Source of the DNA: the human T2T-CHM13v2.0 reference genome, Homo sapiens
Direction: 5' to 3' (one strand)
Assembly (NCBI RefSeq): GCF_009914755.1
Contig: NC_060927.1
DNA length: 64,000 nucleotides
Shown: piece after piece, positions 27,481-41,480 of the stretch
Layout: each line of letters starts with the position of its first letter
How positions within the stretch are numbered: position 1 is the first letter of the stretch
Translations under genes and position numbers: made by a program
Notes under the pieces: model-generated
The model's input: only the letters and a program-made list of their open reading frames with translations
What the model was told of the DNA's origin: nothing
Database searches by the model: none

Positions 27481-28510
27481 CTGCCTCTCACTTGCAAGTG
27501 CAAAATATTTTAATGATTATTTCTTTTGCCTGTAATTTACAGGATTCCTATGTACTTTATTCCTAAAGTGGGTAGATTTAAATGGCTTATTCGTAAGAAA
27601 ATTTTCTAAGATAAATATATTGTTGTTTCACATACACAGCAATTTAACTTGCTCTAGAATCTCTCCATGTATGCACATAAACTTGCACACATGTATACTC
27701 ATATACTTCCAGCACATCATATATATAAGACAAAGAGAGAGAAAAAGCAAGCACACCTTTTCTGATTTGCATCAACAGATTAAAATATGCTTAAAGAATT
27801 TTTTAAGTTCCCTAATGATATTATTTTCTTCAAGAGTGAATTTAGTGCTTGCTATAGTCTGTATTAATCCTGTCCAAATCTATGATTATTTTTGTTTCCA
27901 GAAAGTTGTTAAGAAAATGGAAGCCAAGAAAATTAACAGCCAAGTTTCATTTCTTCATGAGATGAGAGAGAACAAATTAGATACAACAGAAACGTTAGAT
28001 GGGGGATAGGGAGGTGTAATTATATTCACTTATTCAGTCTAAAATTCATCCTTATATATTTGATTCTGGGTTTATGGCTGCTTATGATTAGCTCAGGAGA
28101 CTTGATAAAAGATTATTCTCTCAAAGACAAAGATTGCTAAGATACTACAAAGGAAGAATATTTTGCTAGTACATGCTAAAAGAATATTATCCTTATGACA
28201 AGGAAACACAACTGCTGAGACACTAATGAATTTCTGAAGCCATTGCTTTTCCTGTCTTCAAGTTAAGAGCAATAAATTGGAATGGTGAGATAGTTCATTT
28301 ATCTCATGATGTTCAAAGGTAGCTGTCAAAGTGATTAAATTTTATATAAAAATATGAATGCCTGGCTAATTCCCATCTTAGTTGTAAATTGTTTAATAAA
28401 TCTGTGTTGACTTTACCATTCTCAGTGATTACACAGAGACTCTTAGTAAACAGGATAGATTCTATATTAAAGAACTTTAAGGTGTATAAGTAAATCACAT
28501 TGTATTAAAT

Positions 28511-28678
28511 AGTATTCCTCTAACTTGTCTGATTTTTAGAATCACCTAGATTGCTTGTTTAACTTACAGGCTTAGGAGTCCCTTCCCAGGCCTATTCAAT
28601 CCAGGAAAGGTGTCTGTAAATGTATGCTTTAAGCAATGTTGCCAGGTGATTCTTAGGATTGAGGACATTTGGGAAACA
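28511..28678. mobile_element. MER5-like hAT-Charlie DNA transposon remnant
   Basis: TTAGAATCACCT...CCAGGTGATTCT sub-terminal inverted motifs. Confidence 0.65.
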
Positions 28679-28805
28679 AATTACATATTTGAATTCAACT
28701 TAAACCCTCTTTATATAATCAATTCTTGAGTGAGTTTGACACCATCTTTAGAAACAAGTACCTTCTGGAACTACGGAGGCTTATGTTGAGAAGTGACACT
28801 GCTAA

Positions 28806-29158
28806 CTACTCAGTCATAAAAAGGAACGAAATAATGGCATTTGCAGCAACCTGGATGGAATTGGAGAGCATTATTCTAAGTGAAGCCTTAAGTAACTCAG
28901 GACTGGAAAACTAAACATCATATATTCTCACTCACGTGGGAGCTAAGCTATGAGGGCGCAAAGGCATAAGAATGATACAATGGACTTTAGGGACTCAGAG
29001 GAAAGGTTGGGAGAGGGGTGAGAGATAAAAGTACATATTGGGTACAGTGTACACTGCTCGGGTGATGGATGCACCAAAATCTCAGAAGTCACCACTAAAG
29101 AACTTATTCTTGTAGCCAAACAACACCTGTTCTCCAAAAACCTAATGAAATTTAAAAA
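28806..29158 (+). mobile_element. L1PB1-like 3' fragment
   Basis: AAGGCATAAGAATGATACAATGGACTT 3'UTR; 17-bp TSD AGAAGTGA(CA/GG)CTGCTAA at 28789-28805 and 29159-29175. Confidence 0.9.
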
Positions 29159-31249
29159 AGAAGTGAGGCTGCTAAATATTTTTACTTATGTTTTGACAGG
29201 AATGTCAAATCAACTGAATCTCTGGAGTTCTACACTAGAACAAATAATAAAAGTTAAACATTTTCACCAACATAAAAGCTATGACTGCAAATGCTAACAA
29301 TATTTCCTATCGCTTCTCTTCCACATTAGAATTTGAACACATTAAATAATTTTTACTAATATTAAAATTTAAATACATTAATTTTACTAATATGTAATTA
29401 TAAGAATTCTTTAATATAAATAGATAATGTCAAAAGACATTAAATACTATTAATTTAGTATTCTGTACAAACAACAGCTCAAGATTTTATTTTTTAACCG
29501 TTTCCCCCTTTTATTCACTTTTTAAAACTCCTGCAAAATTCTGGCTGTTTCACCCCTAGAGTACGAATATCATATACTGCCATGTTTAAATAAAATTAAT
29601 TTTTCTATCAGAAAATGTTACCAGTTTTTTTCAACAGGTGGCTTTTTAATCTATCAAAAATTAGTACTGCTTTTCACATCTATGTCTTATACATATAAAA
29701 TATATAGTATAGTATTATGGCTATAAACACTGTTATTGAACTCAGATTGTATGGAAAATCCCACAAATGTTTGTAAGTTGGGGGAGAGGAGAGAAATAAT
29801 TAAATTGGATTTAAACTACACCATTTTCCATGCCAGCTTTTTAATTTGTTTGGAATTTATAGGGAAACAATATTTACAAACTTACTAGCTATAAAAGTAA
29901 CATAAACATGGCTGCCTCATCTGAGATATAAATTTGTTTCTTGTTTATAAAGAAGTACCTGGAAATAAAAGACATTATAAGTCAAACTTTCCCATGTGCA
30001 TAAACAAAATACTTGGTCTATTATCATTCTTTCCAAATAAATGATTAGCTTTAGAACAGAGGGCTTTGGGCTTTTTAGAACAGCTCAGTCATTTTTTACC
30101 TTCATGGAGGGTAACCTTGGGTTGGAGACATGGCACCCAGGTAAGATGTTAGCACTCCACTTAGAACAGAAAGCCATCTCTGTCCCTCTGTTTTATAAAA
30201 TTGAAATGCACTGGATTGTAGAACTATATATATTATATCTCCTTTCTGTGAGGCCCACCAGGACACCCATGAAAAGAAGATGTATCTCAGTAGGATTTTC
30301 CTTGTAAAATATTTAAATGAAAAATTGAGCATTTTAGGGCTTTCACAATCATTCTTTTTCATCATGCAATAAAATATTCATACAACGCAAAAACACTGCA
30401 GTTGTAACAGCATTTTAATTTAAAAAATAAACAATACGATAGTGATTTCCAAGAATGCCATGCAATAGAATAAGAGAAATACCAAGAGGAGGAAAGGAAA
30501 TTATATTTTTAATCTCTTGGAATTTAATATTTAACAAAGCTACCCTTCACTTTTATTTCAAACAAAAGCCTTTTTTATTAGAGAAATCAAGACAAATTTA
30601 GTAGGCACAGCACAGATTATTTACATGTTTTATAGGTTCTCAGTCTTGTAAAGTAGCATTGTCACTTTTATTACTTCATTCCTTTAGCTTATCACATGAC
30701 TAAGTCTGCAAACCCAGAAAGACTTCTTCATTAACTTAAGAAGCAATTTGGATTACTTACTGAGTTTGGGTGCTGGAACATTTGATTATAAGAAGAGGTG
30801 GTGAAAATAGTTATATTAAAAGCTGAAAAAATATACAACAAAAATATTTTTAAAGTTTCTCAAAGGAAGTTCTTCAATATATATATTTTGTACTTTCTAA
30901 TTGGCATTTATAGAAAGTATGTGTCTAAATATAACCATATAATGAAATTTTATAATGCAAACATTTAAAGCACATAGAATCAAATGTTAATGCATATTCA
31001 TTCCCCATAGGGGAAGAGTAAGTAACTCATGGTCATAGAAATTGGATTTCAGGAAAATTAAGTCCACAGGTCACTATATAAGTAAAAGAAGAATTCATCT
31101 ATTTCCTTTTTTAAAAATTACAGGCAACATCATTGTAGTATACATCAAGCAAAGGATATACATTGCTTTAATTAAAATTGGCAGTCATTTATAATGGTGA
31201 TCCCTTTCAAAGGCCCTAACGTTCTTCAATTTAAATATATGTGCATGTG

Positions 31250-31250
<1 letters not shown>

Positions 31251-31280
<30 letters not shown>
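31251..31280. repeat. (TA)n microsatellite
   Basis: About 13 TA units. Confidence 0.9.
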
Positions 31281-34200
31281 TTTCATGGTCATTTGAAGAA
31301 ATATCAGTTACTTGGATGTTTACATTTTGTTTATGGAAATAATTTTTCTAGAATATATTATAAAATGCTAAGATCCTTAATGCTTCTTCACACAAGTAAA
31401 AACACATAAACAAGAGGCTACTGAAACACAGGGCATGAGGTTGCCTTTGATGTCACCCAACTTTACATTAAAATTAAATGTTAGAACTCTGTAGGAAGTA
31501 AGCATACTGGGTGTGCACAGGTTAACCTAAGAGCCAGGGTCAGGAGGAATTAAAGTCAGCAGGGGCCACCAGATGTTAGAGAACCCCAGGCATCATCTCC
31601 CAGTTGGTGATCTGCCTCTCTGGCCCCACCTTGTCCCAGCCTGTGTGCTTGAATCATAGCACTTCCCATTGCCCTCCTGACTCTGACTTCCAGGGTTCCT
31701 GACCTTAGTTTACCAAACTGGCTTTGCTCTGTGGTGAGCCTGACTTTGACCTGACAATCTGATTCTTATATTCTGTTCTGTTTCTAATCTTGCTTCCTGT
31801 TTGTTCTGTCTGCAGTATCCCAAGTCTTAATATATTTCCACAACAAAATCTTTACTCTTGACCACATTCTGTTTGATGCAATGGTATTTTTATGACTAGG
31901 CCTATACACTAGCCAATGTATCTATTCTATAATAAAAGAAATGGCCCTAGCCCGTCCTTTCATAAATTTTAGATTCCATGAATATGTCAAGGTTTCTAGA
32001 TTTTTAAACTGTATATATACCTATACCTTTATAGTGTATAGACTTAGGTAGTTGGACTTGAATCAGCAAATTGAAGATACCAAAAGTTAAGTTTTGAAGA
32101 ATGTTTTATTTTCTCTAACTACTAAGCCTGATAGAATCAACTGTGTATTTTCAAAACATGCATAAATAGCTTTGTTTTGTTTATCTTGAAATAGTAAACA
32201 CATGTATAAAAAGAAAAGGTAGAAATGTTCTTTTTAATAAACAGACAAAATAAAATAATTTCATGTCGTGACATTCTTTCTAGAAATATGATGTGATATA
32301 GGATGAAGGTGTCACACTGTGAAATTTTAATTAAAGCATAGATAAAATTCCACTGCTGGGCCAAAATGTATAACTATCCCCACTTTGCCTATCAGTCAAA
32401 GTTTGTTTTCTAGTATAATTGCAAACTAAAAGTCTTTGTATTTTCTAACACATGTAATGAAAAAAATGTCCACTTACGGTTAAGTAACTGAACTGTGTAA
32501 CTTTACTATAATCACATGAAACTGCGGTAACTGAGTAAATCAACTTCAACCACAAAAAAATCAGTCAGTAAGCCCTAGATGATTTTTACATATTCATCAC
32601 TCCAAAATAAAAATTATTTATATTGATAAACTCCATGTAGGCCTATAAAGCCATTGCACATTACAGTACCTTCTGAGCAGCATTCTATAAATAACTGCAA
32701 TTTAGAGAAGCTGACAAAATACAAAGTCCAGAAACAATCCATGCTTAAGTCATGTGACTTACTGTGTATCTCTTTGACAAATCTTAATTCAGAAAATTCA
32801 GGGCCCTAAACAGTGTGCCCTAACAGTCACACTGTCCACATATGCATGCCTGGGAGCCTAAGCACAGACAAGTAAATAAGATATTAAAAGGTGAAAAGAC
32901 AAAGGATGATTTCAGAACCACTCTGAAGTATATTCTTAATATTTGTTTTCAAGTTACATAAGGAAAGAATTTTGTGAGAGACTAATATCTACTCCCCATT
33001 CTGATAAAATTGTGCTGTTTTGAAGCATTGCCTGAAAAACCTAAGCGGGTTTCACTGGTCCTCATAGTAGCTCCTAACTCTGGTATAAAAATCAAATTAT
33101 ATCTTTACCTCTTTCGACTCATTATTTTCTTTCTGAAAGTATAAACTCCCACAAATCTTGGGATGCTATTCTTAAAAGAGTCTTATTTGAAAGGAGGACA
33201 TCACCACACTCTACTAGCAACTGAATAGAAGATGTGGTGAAATGCCTCCCACAGGAAACATGAGCTGTCATCAGCAAAGGAAAAGAGGGCTAGGATAATC
33301 TCTCACTTCAACTTGGCAGATATTTACTATACAGAGTAGAAGCTTATTATATTTGTTTGCTTAATATCTTGACTTAGTCCTAAATGGAATTTTTATGTTC
33401 AAGTAAGAAGGGACAAAATGGAAGAGAGGGGACCGAAAATGCACAGTTGCAAACAAAGAGATAATTTCCTCGAGAGAAAAATGACGGGGAGTCTTATTTC
33501 ACCCCTTTTTGGGTCTCCTGGCTGCATGGCCTGACCTGCCTAAAATTGTCTGTAGGATACTCGAAGGGGTGACCTAATGTTTTATCCAATGTAACCAAGG
33601 TTATAGTTTAGTGTCAACCTGGTTTAAGAAATACTATCTTGAATGGACACGGAGCTGCTGTATGAATGACCTGGCTGAGGTGGTCTTTAAGAGGCTGATG
33701 GAGGAGCTAGAGGTTGTAGACAGAAGCTGCTGCAGGTCTCAAACAACCACATTGGGAACTTGAGAACGTGTGCCACAGCCCTTTGCGGGACTAGTCTGTG
33801 GTTTCTAGCACCTCCAAGGACCTGTCAGAAGAACCAATATTGAGGCCTTCACTTCACCTCACACCCCCACAGCACAATTTTGTTGCTATTTTTTTAATGC
33901 TTGTCTAGGAGTTAGAGAATGTTTAATGGGACAAATACATTAAAATGTAATTAAAGATAGAAGAAAAGCACATTCTCCAATGGGGGAAGGTGTGCTGCAT
34001 CTACAGATGAAGCCAGTGAAAAATAAAATTCATTTTTTTCAGTATCATATACCTAAAGAAACCTCAGTGTTTTATTGTTTTTTTGTTTTTGTTTTTGTTT
34101 TTTTTTTCAGTTGCATTTATATCTGAAGAAACATTCCTTAAGCCTCCACTTGGGAGAAAGGTAAAAAAAAAAAAAAAGATGCGGACTTGGTGCTCTGTAA

Positions 34201-37200
34201 ATTGAGCTGGCCTGAAAAGAGTGAGACTATGCTACTGTAGCTGCTTTGATACCCACCAGCATTGTTTGCTTTCAACCATGTCGGCTTGGATAGTTGGCTA
34301 TTTACAGCCTTCTGGCCATTGAGAGAAGTAGAATCTCTGCATTCTTTTAAAGCATCTCCATTTTCTAATAGTCACTATTTTATAGCTCTACAACTCTTTC
34401 TCCTTTTTCAACTACAATCAGCCCTTTCTCCCACTGGTTTCAATAAAAAATGAACTGGAGTAAAACTTACTATGTGGCTAGTAAATTCAAGGTAAAACAT
34501 GCGTTTAGGGTAAGAAAAAATACCCACTAGGAGAGTAACCTGACTAAACTGGAGTAGTGAGGAAAATTGTAGAACAACTACAGTTAAACCTAAATTAAGC
34601 AACTTCTGTAGATTTTTTTTTTTACTTTCTTTCTAAAAAAAAAAGAGAGAGAGAGAATGCTTGTTTAATACAATGCTTGGCAACACTTTAGTTTTCTTCA
34701 TAACCCTACAGAGAGATTTTATAATATTTAGCAGAAAAATCTAAGCTACAAGAATATAGTAGCTTTTTGGTTATGCTTAGTCCATTTCTTTTCAATTTAA
34801 TATATTGGTGTATATATAATAACCCAAGTTCTAAATGTTAATGTATATGAATAGGTTTGTAAGTACTTGATCACAAAAGTCCCCTGCTTTTTCACCTATT
34901 TTTTGATACAACTATATAGTTTATGACCTACCTGTATTTACCTGAGGCATTTTCCCCTAATTTGATGACTAATGATAACTCTTTAAGTCAATCTCTTGTC
35001 ACATACTGTAAATGAATTTAAGAAGTAAAAGTATTACTTATTTAATGGATACCATTTTAATTGTATATAAATCAATGTAAGTAAACAGCATTTTTGAGGC
35101 AGAAATGTTTTTCCGAAGAAAACAAGACAATTTATGATTGTGTATTCTGTCACATAGCTTAAAAACTGCAAGTTAACCAAATTACCATAGAGACTTTATT
35201 CTTAATTCTTCCCATCACCTAAGTGAATTATTAAGTCTGAGCCTTTCAGTTAGAGCTGCATTTCTTTCTAAATACCTTCCTACTTAGCAGCCTAAAGGGA
35301 CCCATCACATCAGTAACACCTTCTATGCACTGTCGCGTCCCAGCTTGAACACACTAAACTCAGGGGCCTTTGAAATCTTTAAAGCCAATCATACATAAGA
35401 CAGATTCTATATTGCAGGGCTGGCTGGCTACACTTCAGCACAAAACAATATTTCAAGCTTTCTGATATACATGTGTCACCTTTTTGTGACAAATAGCTAG
35501 TATTAATTAGGCACTAGACTTGGTGAGATTGCTGTTATTAACTGAGAGAAGATGGGTTGGATTTAATTGTGTGTGACATCAAAGTCAAGTGACTGATATT
35601 TCAAGCATCATTTAAAATGTTTGATATTGAAGTCATTGTATTCACATAAAGACTGTCTAAAAATATAAAGGAGACTGATGAGAAAAGAACTGAAATGCAT
35701 TTGTACATCTATCTTATGAAGTGCATTTGATGTCATTTTACTGGTGTTTTTGACCCACATATGTAATATTTATTTGTTTAGCTGCATAAAATTTTCATTT
35801 CATAATGCAATTTAAACTTTTCAAAATTAACACTAAGCCAGATATCATGTTTATGGTGGTAACTGCTCTTAAAAAGGCAAGTTATCAATTTATATAAAAT
35901 ATGCTTTGATGTAAACAGAAAATATGAATAATGAGAAGTATTACTTTGATAAAAACGTCATGTTATCTATAAAAGACAAATTGAGTATACAAAAATGACT
36001 AATATGTATTTAAAACTTTTTAAACAAAAATTTCATTGAATTTTATAGAGAAATCAATTTTGCTGCACAAAATAAACTGAAATACTATTATTTGAATTAT
36101 TCAACGATAACCAACTTTTGCTATGTTGTGTTAATACATGAAAAATGTAGGAGAGAATTATTATAAGTTAACATCAATCCAGTAAGTCCAATTGGTTGAA
36201 GTAAGGATGATCAAATATAAAAGTATCATAATAGTTTGTTTAATTACTTTCAGAACAAAGATTAAGATATTTATTTATTCAATACTTGACATAAAATACA
36301 CAAGACAATTACATGAAAATCTGCTTAATTGAAATGTAAAATGTTGTAACAAAACATCCCTTGGGTATTGTTTTAAGAACAGAAATAGAATTCATGATAG
36401 CCAAAAGTTAATGTTATTTAACATATCACCAAATGCTATAAAAGGTGAAGAAAATATATTCAAATATAAAAATCTTGAGAGTTAGTAAACAGTGTTAAAT
36501 CATTGCACTTGAATAATTTTTTCAGTTTTCTTGTTTTGTTAATCATATAGGTACGTCTTTATAAAATTTAGTCAAAAAGCTATGCTTAAATTTTTTAAGT
36601 ACACTTTAGTTTTTGTATTATATATACAATTTTCTCTTTTTTTCTCAAAACACTCTGAATTCTTACAAAAATAATCATTATTAATCATTCTATTTTTTGA
36701 CATATTCGATGAATGATCAAAAATATAACTGTAGAATAAAAGAGTGATTTTTATAAAAAGAAGTACTATAACATCATCTTTGGAATAAATTTTACCCCTC
36801 CAAAATTGTAATGTAGTGTTTTAAGATGATCATGAGCCCTTAATTCTTTAGATAAATAGTAAGATATGTGCATGTGCCTATGTATATTTATCAGTTTACA
36901 TGTAGTAAGTTCCAGGAATAAACAAGAAGAAATCCATAACCTTTGCTTTCTCTGGACCTGATAAAATAATTGTAATTAAAAAGCCAAATTTACTAGACCA
37001 TAAACCTAACCAGTGATTTTTTAAATAATATTAAGCATATGCCCTCTAAAATTCAAGATTTTAAAATAATATTAAGATAAAATAAGCCATGTATTAAAAA
37101 TTATTCAGTACCAATTGTTACTTTGATTTAGTAAATTTATAACAAAAAAATTGTTTGGCAGCTGCATATTGACATATCGAAAATGCTGGTTTCAAATCCA

Positions 37201-37295
37201 TATCCAACTCAGCCATTGTAACTACTTTAAATGTTATTTGTAAACTATAAAAAGGTATTCAAAAAGTACTATTAATATAAAAATCATAAGAAAAA

Positions 37296-37660
<365 letters not shown>

Positions 37661-38386
37661 TTAACATAAAATTTTCTGGCTTCCAACAAGAACACTTCCG
37701 TTACAAATGAATCAAACTCACTTAATAGCTGTGCTCTAGATCCACCATAAAATAGGTAACAATCACGTTAACCTTCCTTCACATATCCTATTATTGTTCA
37801 CAAAGTATTTTCATCTTCTTTTGTCTTACATTCACGTAAGCTTAAAGTAGGTAGAAATGTTTGTCTTTGAACTATGCATGAATTTTTTTTGTTCCATTAC
37901 ACCCCGCTCTCCTCCCCATCCCATTTTCTTCTTTGTTAAATGATTGGTGAGTAAAATTGTGCAAAACTATTAAAGAGAAATGGTAGTTTAATGTGGATCT
38001 GTTCCAAGTAAACCCATTTCAAACAGGGCCATCAGAACTTAACTCAGAGAAATACTTAATATGAGGGCCACCTGATGCAAATACACTGGGTTAGACTTTT
38101 CTGCACTCTTAAAATGTGGTTGTGGATTGGTTCTATTTCCCTTGTGTGCAGAGCAGGCCCAGGTCTAATGTGATTGGATGTTTTTTCTCTCTGTCTTTTC
38201 CAATGTATGTCACTGGTTTTCTTTATCAATGGCTGATTAGAGAGTATAGGTAAGGAAATCATGTTCAAAAGTTTGATCCATTCATGAACATAAGAATGCT
38301 CCTAAATCTCCCAAATATCTTATGGGATTTGTAGTGCTGTCATACAGTGAAGTAGTGGAAGGATCTGCCAATTCTTTCCGTCTATC

Positions 38387-38468
<82 letters not shown>

Positions 38469-38475
38469 GATAGAT
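38387..38475. repeat. Compound tetranucleotide STR [AGAT]12 AG [AGAT]8 GAT AGAT
   Basis: Counted directly from the sequence. Confidence 0.97.
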
Positions 38476-38629
38476 AAGCTTCTAAAATATGACATAAACC
38501 TAGGAGGCTAGAAAGTGATCAAGAAATGTCAGTCTGATCACTCTTGGAGGCAATAGAAGCCCATAAGACTTTCATTCTACCTTCACCTGGGCCAATAATT
38601 CTATCTGGCCCAGTCTCCTCCTCCTCTTT

Positions 38630-38745
38630 CATCTGTAGAAGGTTTATAAACCCTACAGAGATAGAGACTTGTCTTCTCCACCACTGTATACCCAGTGCCT
38701 AGAACAGACACATTCACATAGTAGATTCCCCATAAATATTTGTTT
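38630..38745 (+). mobile_element. L2 3'-end fragment
   Basis: CACTGTATACCCAGTGCCTAGAACAG...CACATAGTAG...ATAAATATTTG. Confidence 0.6.
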
Positions 38746-39399
38746 TGTTTTTAATCCCACAGATGGGAGATTAATGGTTTCATGTAGATTTGAAACACTA
38801 TCACACTATGTTTACAAATCAATTTAGAAGTATCTAAGCTAAGGTTGAGGGAAAGGAATGTTGCTGTGGAAAATGATTCCCCAGAATTGATGTTCAGCCA
38901 GAATATAGCTCATATATAGAAGTATGTCTGTACTGATCATTATATGGAAATACATGCTAGTTGAAAAATATCTGCCCTCTGAGCCACCCTATCCTCAGTT
39001 ATTCAGGCCAACTCTGCCTGGGGAGCCACAGGTGGGCACCTAGAGGGCACTGACCTGGTACCCTCTAGCCTGCCAAGCCTACCAGCCAACCCATCTTGGT
39101 TGCTGCTTGCCAGTCCCCATCTCAACCTTTTTCTCTGGTCAGAGCAGATCACAGCAGAATAGACAATGGCCCAACTGTGGCAATGGCACCCTCACAGGGA
39201 AATACCCAGTGCCCATCTGCACCCTTCGTCAACCAGGCTGTTGGCTCATACTGCCAAACAGTATTCCCCAAAAGTCACATCACAGGGTGCTCATTGATAT
39301 CTGAGCTTCCACAGTTCACTGAATTAATCCTTAAATATTTTGAACAGCACTCCTAAGTAACACTGTGTGTATAAGACATTCATCTGTCAATGACAAAGA

Positions 39400-39530
39400 C
39401 AAATAATAGAGAATTAGGACTGGAAGGGACCCAAGACACCATCTTATCTCAACTATTAATATCTCAAATTAGGAAGCTCAAGTTCAGAGAATTTTAGTAA
39501 CTTGCTTAAATTTACATAGAAAATTACAAA
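39400..39530 (-). mobile_element. MIR fragment
   Basis: GGACTGGAAGGGACC...AGGAAGCTCAAGTTCAGAGA...AGTAACTTGC. Confidence 0.55.
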
Positions 39531-39749
39531 AACGATAGTACTGAGGAATATATGTATGCATTTTCAAAATATTGTTATTTGAGTCTAAATTTTTTTAAAT
39601 ACAATTACTTATGAGAAGAACTATGAATAAATGCAAAACAGAAACACAAATTTCAGCAAACAACCAACAGCACTATGTCCTTTCAAATTCCCATAACAAA
39701 TTTTTAGACAGGGAAAATTTATTACAAAACATGAGTGTTTTCTTAATAT

Positions 39750-39907
39750 TATAACTTTTATTCTAAAAAGTTCAGGGCTACATATACAGGTAAACTTGCA
39801 ACTCAGGGGTTTTGTGTACAGTCACCCAGGTACTAAACATAGTAGTCGACACTTATTTTTTTTTTCTGTTTTTTTCCCCGAACTCCTCCTTCCTCCCAAT
39901 CTCCTCC
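39750..39907 (-). mobile_element. Short old L1PA (PA13-16-like) 3' tail fragment
   Basis: AACTTTTATT...GTTCAGGG...GTAAACTTG...GTCACCCAGGTACTAA.CATAGTA. Confidence 0.6.
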
Positions 39908-40984
39908 CTAAATGTCTCACATTTATAATAAATATATATTTAATGGCATTCAAAATGAAGAAGTATGTGAAAATATCTAGGGAAGTCCCTGACATGTAAT
40001 AGATGTTCAAAAATGTTAAATCAATTGCTAAACTATTAATTAATTTATTAATGAGGATTATGTCTTCTGAGGTGTTTTAGCTTTTATTTATACATGATGA
40101 ATAAGCCAGAAAATCATATATTAATTCTAACCAAAGGTTCATTCTTCCTGTGTACCTACCCCTGATTCTAGGGCAGGGCACTGTCACCATCCAGACATCC
40201 TCTATCTTAAGATGAATGAGACAGGTGATAGATTCAATGTTACTCATCCCTAAAGAACCATGAGTTGGTTCCACTGCACCCCTGTCAAAGCTTGAGTCTA
40301 GAGAAAGGCTAAGAGACAGATGAGATTTCAGCTTCCATCCAAGAGGAAGGACATGTGAACTAAAATGGACTTCACCTCCAGTGAAGTCATTCATCTTATC
40401 ACAAATAGGATTTATCTCTTAAAGGCTTGCTTCCCCTTACATTCTACTAAAAGAAAGAGGAGTAATTATATCTGTCTTAACCATCTTTATTTAATATTGC
40501 TAATTAAAATATGTGTGTGATAAAACAGTACAAAACTTATTAATTTTTATTTTGAAACAATATATTTTAACTTAGAACACACTGAATTTGTGAATCTAAA
40601 CATTCAATATGACTCATTTCTAGCAAGCTAATTTTCATAATATTCTTTAGGAGGTTCCCCTTTAATCTGTGCCTTCAACGTTTCCTCCTTATATTTTTTA
40701 CCAATAAAAGAATTATGGAAACTGTAATTTTAATAGAAAATATTTACTTAATGGTTGAACAATTCTATGAACCCATAGGTTAGAGACTATTTATGTTTGG
40801 TAGCTTGGATATTGACTAACATTTTAATGCAGGATACTCATAATTAAGAATATCAAACCTGCATTAAGGCTATCCTTAAGCATACCTCAAATTAATTTCC
40901 TCTCTTTGGGTCATCATTAACACAAAATTATTTTATCAAGCTCACTTGCTAAAATGGACTGGATTCATTGTTTTTACCATGTAA

Positions 40985-41480
40985 AACTACTCATTAAATA
41001 AATATTTATTGGGCAACACTGCAGCTATAACAGTAAATTAGACAGATAAATATCCTGTTTTACATGGAGTTCATATAGTGTGGGAAACAAGAATGTAAAA
41101 GTGAGCACAGAAATATACAAGTATAGATGATGACAAAGGCATTAAAAAAACTATTCTGGTGGAATTAAAAGACAGTGAGGCAACTAAAGTGTTTGGGAAA
41201 ACCTTCTCCAAAAAGTTGATATTTAGGCTGTGTGCAAATTGACTCTAAGATGTCTACTATGGGAAAATCTTTGTGAAGAGAATGCCAAGCAAATGAAATA
41301 GCATATGCAAAGGCTTTAAGGAAGACACAATAGTTAAAGAAGCCAAGAAGACTATGGTGTTAGAGTATAGTGACAAATGAGCATGGAACGAAATGAAATG
41401 ATTTAGAAGTCAATAGACATGAGATCATCAGGAGAGCTATGGCAAAGAGTCTGATTTTATGCTAAGTGCAATAGGAAGCC
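40985..41480 (-). mobile_element. L2 fragment
   Basis: TCATT..ATAAATATTTATTG reverse L2 tail, CATGGAG.TCA.A.TAGTG, ATATGCAAAGGC, AAGTGCAATAGGAAGCCA. Confidence 0.65.

Noticed and set aside
31480-31830. GC-richer segment, similar to 33400-33830
   Set aside because: Possibly ancient LTR remnants, but I cannot assign a family or function without a Dfam search
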